Shown: positions 57,077 through 64,000 of the stretch, one piece after another
How positions within the stretch are numbered: position 1 is the first letter of the stretch
How the letters are laid out: the number at the start of each line of letters is the position of its first letter
NCBI GenBank assembly: GCA_001512785.1
Contig: LFSQ01000002.1
Span: 529-64,528, forward strand
Source: Syntrophomonas sp. DTU019
Lineage (GTDB): Bacteria; Bacillota; Syntrophomonadia; Syntrophomonadales; Syntrophomonadaceae
Direction: 5' to 3'
Length of the DNA stretch: 64,000 nt
Translations under genes and position numbers: made by a program
Notes under the pieces: generated by a model
Seen by the model: the letters and a program-made list of their open reading frames with translations, nothing else
Databases searched by the model: none
What the model was told of the DNA's origin: nothing

Positions 57077-57730
57077 ATGCGCCAATTGCTTCGATTAGCA
57101 GTGTTGTTAATCTTCTTGTTTGCCGCAGGTTGTGCTCAACCGGCCACGCCTCCAGGCGACAATCAAACCCCTCAGCCAGGCGACACCCCATCCCAGCCGG
57201 GTCCAGTGGTTTTGCAAGCACAGGCCTATTTCCCCATAAAAGCCGGCAGCAGTTGGACCTATCAGGGGGAAGGCAACGAATTCGCCTCATTTACCCGGGA
57301 AGTCATTTTTAGCCGGGATAACCGGGGGCAGTTCAAGGAAAACAATGGGGGTACGGTCAGCAGTGCAGTTTTCGAGGTCAGTCCTGATGCCGTCACCCGG
57401 ATATACTTTGAAGGTGAGGTATACGAACCCGACAACCTGCTGGAAGATCCGGCGTTTACTGGCAATGATAACACGGTGATTATCAAAGCACCGCTTGAAC
57501 CAGGCACTACCTGGAATGGCGGCAACTTTGAGAAAAAGATAGTGTCTATTGATGCCAGTGTGGACACGCCTGCCGGTAAATTCGATAAATGCCTGCAGAT
57601 AGAAACTCGCACCGCGGACAGTGTGGTAACTGAGTATTACCGGGAAAACATCGGCCTGGTAAAGCGCGAGTTCAGATCGGGCGATGCCCTGGTAACATCG
57701 ACTCTTTCGCAATATAAGATAGGACCTTGA
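57077..57730 (+). CDS. Putative lipoprotein
   Basis: 217 aa with a signal peptide bearing the lipobox LFAAGC, followed by a Pro/Gly-rich linker. No family recognised. Confidence 0.7.
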   Translation: MRQLLRLAVLLIFLFAAGCAQPATPPGDNQTPQPGDTPSQPGPVVLQAQAYFPIKAGSSWTYQGEGNEFASFTREVIFSRDNRGQFKENNGGTVSSAVFEVSPDAVTRIYFEGEVYEPDNLLEDPAFTGNDNTVIIKAPLEPGTTWNGGNFEKKIVSIDASVDTPAGKFDKCLQIETRTADSVVTEYYRENIGLVKREFRSGDALVTSTLSQYKIGP

Positions 57731-57749
57731 GCGACAATCTGGAGGGTTT

Positions 57750-58364
57750 ATGCTGGAGAATAGAATCCGTTCTTTGCAAGGCCGCCGACCCAAGGTTCTG
57801 GGGCATGCTGAAACCTTGAAATCGGCAGTTATCGTGCCGTTGATTGTTGAGGACGATGAAATCTATGTAGTATTCGAGAAAAGGGCTGCCTCTTTAAACT
57901 GGCAGCCCGGTGAAATCTGCTTCCCCGGGGGCCGGGCCGAGCCTGGTGACAAAGGGCTGCAGGCCAGCGCCATCAGAGAAACCTGCGAAGAACTGGGGCT
58001 TAGCCCCGCTGATATAGAAATTATTGCCCCTCTGGATATTATGGTGCATCCTGCCAGCAGCATTATAGTCCCCTATTTGGCATTTATAAAGGATCGCAGC
58101 AAGATAAAGCCCAATTGTGAAGAAGTGGACCGTCTGCTGTTCGTTCCCCTATCCTATCTCTTAAACGTCGAACCGCAGGTTCACGGTATTAAAGTGCGCA
58201 TGTTTTTTGACGAGGATTTCCCTTTCGAATTGATTCCTCACGGCAGGAATTACCCGCTGCGTACCGGAAGGTACGAGCAGTATTTTTATTTTTGGGACGG
58301 CGAAGTTATCTGGGGCATGACCTCTAAGATCCTGAAGCACTTCATTGACCTGCTCAAGGCGTAA
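57750..58364 (+). CDS. Nudix hydrolase (CoA pyrophosphatase-like)
   Basis: 204 aa with the Nudix box GGRAEPGDKGLQASAIRETCEELGL. Confidence 0.85.
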   Translation: MLENRIRSLQGRRPKVLGHAETLKSAVIVPLIVEDDEIYVVFEKRAASLNWQPGEICFPGGRAEPGDKGLQASAIRETCEELGLSPADIEIIAPLDIMVHPASSIIVPYLAFIKDRSKIKPNCEEVDRLLFVPLSYLLNVEPQVHGIKVRMFFDEDFPFELIPHGRNYPLRTGRYEQYFYFWDGEVIWGMTSKILKHFIDLLKA

Positions 58365-60273
58365 CTTCAGACATCTTCTCCACAAACAGCTTGACCACCT
58401 GAGGATCAAACTGCGTGCCCGCACAGCGCTGCAGTTCGCGCAGGGCTTCCTGTTTGCTGATAGGCTGGCGGTAAGGGCGCCCATTTACCATCACATCGTA
58501 GGCATCACACACGGCCAGGATTCGTGACAATAAGGGTATTTTCTCTTCCTTCAATCCCAGGGGATAACCGGTGCCATTCCATGACTCGTGATGCGCCAGA
58601 ATAGCCTCGGCGATAGGCACCAGTTCCGGGGTGGAAAGAGCAATCCGGTAGCCGATCTCAGGGTGTTTCTTCATGGTGTCCCATTCTTCCTCCGAGAGAT
58701 TATCGGCCTTGTCCAGAATGGTGCTGGGAATGGCGATCTTGCCGATATCATGCAAAGCCGCCAGGAGATTCAGGGCATCCAGTTCCGCTTCGCTCATTTT
58801 CATGCCCCGGCCTATCATAGTTGACAATTGCTGTAAGCGCGCTGTGTGTTCCTCGGTTTCATGGCTCTTTTCCCGCAAGGTGCGCTCCAGCGACAAGAGG
58901 AAAGAACTGCGAATACTGCGGCTTTCGATGAGCTTGTTGCGGTACATGCGATCTTCCGCTTCACGCAAGATATCTTCTATACTCTGGGAAATGTCGGTTC
59001 GGATAGCCATTCCTAAGGCCAGACTGACATGCTCCGAACAGTACTCGGTCTTTTTGCAGTTGTTTTTGATGCGATTGCAGATCTCTTCAGCTATTTCGGC
59101 ACTGGTCATAGGCAACAGGACCACAAACTCGTCACCGCCCAGGCGGGCGATAATATCCTCATGCCGGCACGAAGCCCGGAGCACATCTGCGGCTGCTTTT
59201 AAAACCGCATCCCCTTTGTGGTGCCCAAATGCGTCATTGATAAGCTTCAAACTGTTGAGGTCGCCCATGATGATGCTCATAGGAAGCTGCCGGGGAGTAT
59301 CCAGGCGCTTCAATTCCTCCTGAAAGAAAGCCCGGTTGTAAAGCCCGGTAAGGGGATCGTTAAAGCTCAGGTAGCGAATGCGTTCTTCGGCCTTCTTGCG
59401 CTCGCTGATCTCTTCACAGGCAACTATGACCTCAGTCACCTTACCCTGCTGGTTGTATATGGGATTGGCTTTATAATGCAGCCATACTTCCCGCCCCCAG
59501 GAAGACACGAAGTGTATTTCCCCGGTGCCGGGCTTGCCCTCCCTTACCGTCTCCAGCAATTCGTACTGGATCAAAGCCGTCTCCTTCTCGGATTGGGCCA
59601 ATTGATTCAGATGGCGCAGCTCTTCTTTAGAACTGGCTCCCAGGGTTTGCAGCATATAATGATTCAGATCGGTGATGTTACCCTGTGCATCATATTTGAA
59701 CAGACCTACCGGATTGTTCTCAAAAAGCTCCCTATAGCGCTGCTCACTGACCTCCAGGGATTGGCTGCTGAAAGACTGGCTGCCCAGACCCAGGGCTCTC
59801 AAGGTGCGCCCGTTACGGTCTTTGAATACCATTCTGCCGAAGAGACGTACCCACATCCATTCGTCCTGGCTATTTTTGATGCGGCACTCTACCTCATAGC
59901 GTTTATGGCTTCCTTCTATATAGTACTGTGCGGCCTCGATCAGCCGGTCGAAATCCTCTGCATGGAACAAATCCCGCCACTCCTGCAGGGGGCGGGTATC
60001 CTCCTTCCACTCATAACCCAGCACATTAGCCCAACTATCGTTGACATAAATCATGTTGGTCAGGACATTCCAATCCCACAGAAACACACTGCCAGCCCAC
60101 AAGGCCAGTTCGGTGCGTTCCTGATACTCAACCAGAATGTTGTGATTTTGCTTGAGATGCTCAATTTCTTCTTGCAGTCGAGTGTTGTGAGCTAAAACTT
60201 CATCAAATCTATCATGCACAGAGTGAGCGTGTTCTGCGGTAGGCTCTTCATTTACTCTATCCAGGGAATCCAC
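58354..60273 (-). CDS. PAS-PAS-GGDEF-HD-GYP signalling protein (c-di-GMP synthesis plus hydrolysis domains)
   Basis: 639 aa with an intact GGDEF (RLGGDEFVV). The HD-GYP domain carries HDIGK and HHESWNGTGYP. Confidence 0.9.
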   Translation of the reverse strand: MDSLDRVNEEPTAEHAHSVHDRFDEVLAHNTRLQEEIEHLKQNHNILVEYQERTELALWAGSVFLWDWNVLTNMIYVNDSWANVLGYEWKEDTRPLQEWRDLFHAEDFDRLIEAAQYYIEGSHKRYEVECRIKNSQDEWMWVRLFGRMVFKDRNGRTLRALGLGSQSFSSQSLEVSEQRYRELFENNPVGLFKYDAQGNITDLNHYMLQTLGASSKEELRHLNQLAQSEKETALIQYELLETVREGKPGTGEIHFVSSWGREVWLHYKANPIYNQQGKVTEVIVACEEISERKKAEERIRYLSFNDPLTGLYNRAFFQEELKRLDTPRQLPMSIIMGDLNSLKLINDAFGHHKGDAVLKAAADVLRASCRHEDIIARLGGDEFVVLLPMTSAEIAEEICNRIKNNCKKTEYCSEHVSLALGMAIRTDISQSIEDILREAEDRMYRNKLIESRSIRSSFLLSLERTLREKSHETEEHTARLQQLSTMIGRGMKMSEAELDALNLLAALHDIGKIAIPSTILDKADNLSEEEWDTMKKHPEIGYRIALSTPELVPIAEAILAHHESWNGTGYPLGLKEEKIPLLSRILAVCDAYDVMVNGRPYRQPISKQEALRELQRCAGTQFDPQVVKLFVEKMSEVTP

Positions 60274-60408
60274 GTTGTTTTATCCCTCCACCTGTTTACT
60301 GATGACGGAGGCGTTCATTGTTATGTCCTTTTCATTATACTATACATGGTGCCGTTCTACTTCTTGTCTAATAATCCTACATGCTTTAGTACACAATAGC
60401 TATATGCC

Positions 60409-60560
60409 CCGCTCTTAAAGTCCTAATCCCAAGCAATCTGTTGATCACAGTCTTTGGGGTATACATTGCACCATCCTACTTGCATTATTTTACTTTCTTA
60501 CTGCTCAACTTGCAATAGTTTATCAGACAATTATTATGTTATCCGCTCATAAAGTCCTAA
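60409..60560. repeat. Pair of 18-nt direct repeats (17/18 identical), 134 bp apart
   Basis: CCGCTCTTAAAGTCCTAA lies at 60409-60426 and CCGCTCATAAAGTCCTAA at 60543-60560. They are flanked by the inverted pair ATGCCCC (60404-60410) and GGGGCAT (60564-70). Internal 15-nt repeats ACTTGCAWTAKTTTA occur at 60478 and 60508. Confidence 0.6.
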
Positions 60561-60729
60561 AATGGGGCATTTTTTTGTACAATTTTTTGTTTAACTCAGC
60601 CGGGAAGGTGGCAATTAAAAATTTGGCAAAAGCGATGGTGCAAAGATGTCAGGATACAAATGGCCAATAAAGAAGCTGCCACGACAGGCTTTATGCTCAA
60701 CCTATCGGTCCGCTTGTCCGATGCTGCTG

Positions 60730-60760
60730 TAAAAAATGCTGGAGAACTCACTCTCCAGCG
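60730..60760 (-). terminator. Rho-independent terminator after sigK
   Basis: On the minus strand, the hairpin GCTGGAGA-gtgagt-TCTCCAGC (60738-60759) is followed by ATTTTTTA. Confidence 0.8.
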
Positions 60761-60767
60761 CTCTTCA

Positions 60768-61466
60768 TCAAGTTTGCACGCTTATTTCATTAATCAGCTT
60801 CTTTAAGGCCCGCTTTTCTATCCTTGATACATAAGATCTGGATATTCCCATTTTTTTGGCAATTTCCCGCTGAGTCTCCTTAAGTCCATTAAAAAGCCCA
60901 TAGCGCATCTCGATAACCTGTTTTTCCCTCCGGGAAAGGATATCGATGGTCTTGCGTATCTTCTCTTCCTGCAGCTTGACTTCTACACTGTCAATGATTT
61001 CATTATCAGTTGTCAATACGTCAATCAGGGATATTTCATTGCCTTCTTTGTCGAAGCCGATTGGGTCATAGATGGATACTTCCTGCTTTAGCTTTTTAGT
61101 ATTGCGCAGATGCATGAGCACTTCATTCTCGATGCAGCGAGCTGCATAAGTGGCCAACCTCACGGCACGCTCATCATTGTAGGTCTTAATCGCCTTAATA
61201 AGGCCAATCGTACCTATAGAGATCAAATCTTCCATGTCTTCGCCGCTGTTTTCGTATTTCTTGACAACATGAGCTACCAGCCGCAGATTGTGTTCTATCA
61301 GAATGTTGCGGGCATCTTCGCTGCCCTGTTTCAACAAGGCCAACTGCTCTCTTTCCTCTTCCTCTGTCAATGGCTGGGGAAAGACCTGATTATTAAGATA
61401 GGCGAACAACAGCAGGCTTCCCTGAAGCAGAGCCACAAAGGCTAACAGCCCGCCGAGGATGCTCAA
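60768..61466 (-). CDS. sigK: Sporulation sigma factor SigK (pro-sigma-K), uninterrupted
   Basis: 232 aa with a hydrophobic pro-sequence followed by FPQPL. Regions 2-4 read [25 protein letters not shown] and [13 protein letters not shown], which is SigK-specific rather than SigE. It starts at TTG, preceded by AGGAGGTGA. Confidence 0.9.
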   Translation of the reverse strand: MSILGGLLAFVALLQGSLLLFAYLNNQVFPQPLTEEEEREQLALLKQGSEDARNILIEHNLRLVAHVVKKYENSGEDMEDLISIGTIGLIKAIKTYNDERAVRLATYAARCIENEVLMHLRNTKKLKQEVSIYDPIGFDKEGNEISLIDVLTTDNEIIDSVEVKLQEEKIRKTIDILSRREKQVIEMRYGLFNGLKETQREIAKKMGISRSYVSRIEKRALKKLINEISVQT

Positions 61467-61496
61467 TATATCACCTCCTAATAATGAGCGCCTTAC

Positions 61497-61530
61497 ATCT
61501 TATGATATAAAGCGACGAAAAGTGACTTCT
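61497..61530 (-). promoter_or_regulatory. Possible sigma-E/sigma-K-type promoter of sigK
   Basis: The minus strand reads AC-N17-CATAAGAT (the -10 at 61497-61504), about 30 nt upstream of the start codon. Confidence 0.3.
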
Positions 61531-61682
61531 TCGTCCCGGTATTTTATGGCAATTTCAGGAGGTGACAGGTCTTAAAGCCAATAGAGTAGGGAAACCACTT
61601 GCATGGCCTCACCCTCATTAAACCGCACATGCTCCCCGGCAGCCTGCTGATGGAGGCTCAACAGCCGCCTAAGATTACCTGC

Positions 61683-61763
61683 TTAATCTTTCCAGTAAAT
61701 ATCGTCTATGGCTTCAGGAAAAAGGGTGATCTGCATGCGCTCTTCGCCCTGTATATAGGCCAT
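61683..61763 (-). pseudogene. 26-codon relic resembling the N-terminus of an IS1182/IS5-type transposase
   Basis: The minus strand reads GAGGTGGGATA-ATG, then MAYIQGEERMQITLFPEAIDDIYWKD-stop. The M-x-[YF]-I-x-G-x-x-R-x-Q-x-x-L-F-P-x-x-[IL]-D-D signature is typical of that family's N-terminus (from memory). The reading frame then collapses. Confidence 0.4.
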
Positions 61764-61964
61764 TATCCCACCTCGCTATCACCCTATTAATTTGACTTCT
61801 TCAAGTTTTTCCTTTTTTCTGTGGAATAGTTCTCACACCTGCTGTCCCCTTGTTACATTGTCTTTGCAACAACAATCTTGATTTTGAGTATTCCGCCCTT
61901 TATTGAGCCATCAGTCCGGTCAATGAGAGCCACCTATCCGGAACAGAAAGCCATTGTGATCATT

Positions 61965-62041
61965 CTTTAGAATGTAAGTTAGTGTTGTTAATAGGTCATA
62001 TTTGGGCATTTTTGCTCACCCTTCTTCGTTTTAGAATGTAA
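61965..62041 (+). repeat. Subterminal direct repeats TTTAGAATGTAA x2 at the IS21 left end
   Basis: Copies lie at 61966-61977 and 62030-62041. IS21-family ends typically carry multiple transposase-binding repeats. Confidence 0.55.
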
Positions 62042-62088
62042 CCATGTACTGTTAGAGTGCAAATACATTCTTGAAGGGGGTCATAAAA

Positions 62089-63624
62089 ATGACCAAGTAT
62101 CGTGAAATCCTCAGGCTATACAGCCAGGGGATCAGCCAGCGCAGCATTGCACTGAGTTGTGAATGCTCACGCAATACTGTTGCTAAAGTAATTGCACGAG
62201 CTAAAGAGCTTAATATCATTTGGCCCTTAAGCCCGGAGCAGACCGATGCCGACCTGGAAAAACTGTTTTTCCCCAAGGAGTCGGTACAATCACAGCGCAG
62301 GTATCCCGATGTAGAATACATCCACAAGGAACTTATGCGCAGCGGAGTAACATTAAAGCTGCTTTGGTACGAATACTGTGAAGAGTGCCGCCAAAATAAC
62401 GAGATTCCCCTTATGTACTCCCAGTTTTGCTACCACTACCAGAAGTATTCTGAGAAGAAGCGCGCTTCCATGCATATTCCTAGAAAACCGGGAGAGCAAA
62501 TAGAAGTAGATTGGGCAGGAAAAACTGCTGCCCTGGTAGAGCGGGATACTGGAGAAATAATTCCAGCTTACGTATTTGTAGGAGTACTATCCTACAGTCA
62601 ATATGCTTACGTAGAAGCATTTCTATCAATGAATCTAGAAAGTTGGATAACTGCTCACGTAAACATGTATCGCTATTTTGGAGGGTCTTCTCGTATATTG
62701 GTTCCGGACAATTTGAAAACTGGTGTACAAAAACCAGACTGGTACGACCCGGTAATCAACAAAACATATCATGAGATGGCAGAGCACTACCAAACGGCGA
62801 TTATCCCTGCCCGAGTAAGAAAACCCAAAGATAAACCTAATGTCGAAGGAGCCGTCAACATAATCTCTACCTGGATCATCGCCGCTTTGCGTAATCAAAA
62901 GTTTTTTACTCTAGCGGAACTAAACCAGGAGATTAAAGTAAAACTGGATGAGTATAATAATCGCCCGTTCCAGAAAAAAGATGGCAGCAGGCTCAGCATC
63001 TTTCTTGGGGAAGAAAAGCCGTTGCTGGTATCGTTGCCTGCTGCACCCTTTGAACTAGCAGAATGGAAACAAGCCACCGTTCAGTTTAATTATCATATAG
63101 CTGTTGATAAAATGCACTACTCAGTTCCCTATGAATACATTAAGCAAAAGGTGGATGTCAGGCTTACACGCAATATGGTGGAAGTCTTTTACCATAACAA
63201 CCGGATTTGTTCGCACAAAAGGCTTTATGGACGTCCCGGTCAGTATAGCACCATCGAAGCTCATATGCCTGAGGAACATCAAAAATATATTCAGTGGAAC
63301 GATCAACGTTTCATAGAATGGGCTGAAAAAATCGGTCCTAATACAGTATCTACGGTTAGATTCATCCTTGATTCCCATAAGGTTGAACAGCAAGGTTACA
63401 AAGCCTGCATGGGGCTACTAAGGTTAGCTGATAAGTATTCGACCCAGCGTTTGGAGGCTGCCTGTAAAAGGGCTTTATCTTACACCCCCCATCCCAGCTT
63501 CAAAAGTGTGAAAAACATCTTGGTCACTGGTCAGGATAAAGTCGATAACAATTCTCAACCACATAGTTCGGAAGCGGAGCGCCACGGATTTACCCGTGGT
63601 GCAGAATATTATGGAGGTAAATGA
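62089..63624 (+). CDS. istA: IS21-family transposase IstA
   Basis: It has an N-terminal HTH (YREILRLYSQGISQRSIA) and a DDE core (IEVDWAG...LVPDNLKT...KPNVEG). The ATG at 62089 is preceded by GAAGGGGG. The track ORF begins at a TTG at 62071. Confidence 0.92.
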   Translation: MTKYREILRLYSQGISQRSIALSCECSRNTVAKVIARAKELNIIWPLSPEQTDADLEKLFFPKESVQSQRRYPDVEYIHKELMRSGVTLKLLWYEYCEECRQNNEIPLMYSQFCYHYQKYSEKKRASMHIPRKPGEQIEVDWAGKTAALVERDTGEIIPAYVFVGVLSYSQYAYVEAFLSMNLESWITAHVNMYRYFGGSSRILVPDNLKTGVQKPDWYDPVINKTYHEMAEHYQTAIIPARVRKPKDKPNVEGAVNIISTWIIAALRNQKFFTLAELNQEIKVKLDEYNNRPFQKKDGSRLSIFLGEEKPLLVSLPAAPFELAEWKQATVQFNYHIAVDKMHYSVPYEYIKQKVDVRLTRNMVEVFYHNNRICSHKRLYGRPGQYSTIEAHMPEEHQKYIQWNDQRFIEWAEKIGPNTVSTVRFILDSHKVEQQGYKACMGLLRLADKYSTQRLEAACKRALSYTPHPSFKSVKNILVTGQDKVDNNSQPHSSEAERHGFTRGAEYYGGK

Positions 63625-64000
63625 TTATGATTAATGAAAGCACTTTTAACAAAATGATTGAGATGAGGCTTACGGCTATGGCTGATGCTTGCCGTATGCA
63701 GATCAACGATAATTCGTTCAATGAACTGTCCTTCGAAGAACGCATGGGACTACTGATAGATATCGAATATCGCAGCCGTAAAAACAACAAATTAAAAAGC
63801 TCATTAAAAATGCCGCTTTCGACCAGCCACATGCTTGTATAGCTGATATTAATTACACTGCTGATCGTAAGCTGGATAAAGCCTTAATAACTAGACTGGC
63901 CAATTGTGATTACATAGCCGACAAGCATAATGTAATACTGATGGGAGCCACAGGAACTGGCAAAACTTATTTGGCGTGCGCTTTAGGAATGGAGGCCTGT
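63621..64000 (+). pseudogene. istB: IS21 helper ATPase IstB, apparently frameshifted
   Basis: Frame 0 gives MIMINESTFNKMIEMRL...RKNNKLK and stops at 63840-42. The IstB sequence resumes in another frame from about 63800 (LIKNAAFDQPHACIADINY...ILMGATGTGKTYLACALGMEAC) and runs to the window end. Confidence 0.7.

Larger units (their letters stand above)
61960..64000 (+). mobile_element. IS21-family insertion sequence (left boundary approximate; runs off the window)
   Basis: istA and istB are arranged with an ATGA overlap. Subterminal direct repeats lie upstream of istA. GC content is lower than in the flanking core genes. Confidence 0.85.

Noticed and set aside
59218-60195. 325-aa plus-strand ORF opposite the PAS-GGDEF-HD-GYP gene.
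   Set aside because: The minus-strand frame carries unmistakable GGDEF and HD-GYP motifs. The plus-strand product has no recognisable features.
60768-61466. Possibility that sigK is interrupted by a skin-like element, or is really sigE.
   Set aside because: The ORF is contiguous from the pro-sequence to region 4.2. It contains SigK-type segments ([18 protein letters not shown]) and lacks the SigE-type equivalents.
63780-63842. Programmed ribosomal frameshift in istB.
   Set aside because: IS21-family elements are not known to use frameshifting for IstB, and I see no slippery heptamer plus downstream structure. A mutation or a sequencing error is more parsimonious.
1-64000. tRNA, rRNA, riboswitch or T-box leaders in the intergenic regions (for example upstream of the aro, pdp-deoB and folD units).
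   Set aside because: I could not recognise any cloverleaf-like segments, rRNA-like segments or known riboswitch core sequences by eye. Most intergenic spacers are under 100 nt. A covariance-model scan would be needed to exclude them formally.

Overview
The window is 64 kb from a spore-forming Firmicute, probably a Clostridia/Peptococcaceae-like anaerobe with roughly 50% GC. It is densely coding and almost entirely on the minus strand.

Gene order follows the classic Bacillus subtilis sporulation and housekeeping region: dacF-like, pdp, deoB, xerD, spoIIM, spo0A, spoIVB, recN, argR, nadK, tlyA, dxs, ispA, xseB, xseA, folD, nusB, asp23/amaP, accC, spoIIIAA-AH, efp, pepP, aroQ. After that come:
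- pmbA/tldD and ytrH/ytrI
- a ComG/type IV pilus-like operon
- the shikimate operon aroE-aroC-aroK-aroB, with a prepilin gene embedded in it
- yqeG and a GalT-like gene
- a PAS-GGDEF-HD-GYP protein
- an uninterrupted sigK
- an AT-rich mobile-DNA patch: an IS21-family element with frameshifted istB, plus a transposase relic

The most notable feature is a ~770-nt ORF-free, helix-rich gap (20390-21156) between ispA and a 4-TM membrane protein gene lying directly upstream of dxs. This matches, in position and orientation, the OLE (ornate, large, extremophilic) RNA and its membrane partner OapA. That is a large structured ncRNA-protein system of still poorly understood function.

Other items worth a second look:
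- accB is replaced by a carboxyltransferase-BCCP fusion next to accC.
- An orphan membrane protein with CorA-like architecture lies divergent from the pilus ATPase, with a perfect palindrome in the shared promoter region.
- A 63-aa half-ferritin is present.
- Direct repeats lie downstream of sigK.

I saw no rRNA, tRNA or CRISPR array. All homology statements come from motif recognition by eye and from remembered synteny, not from database searches.
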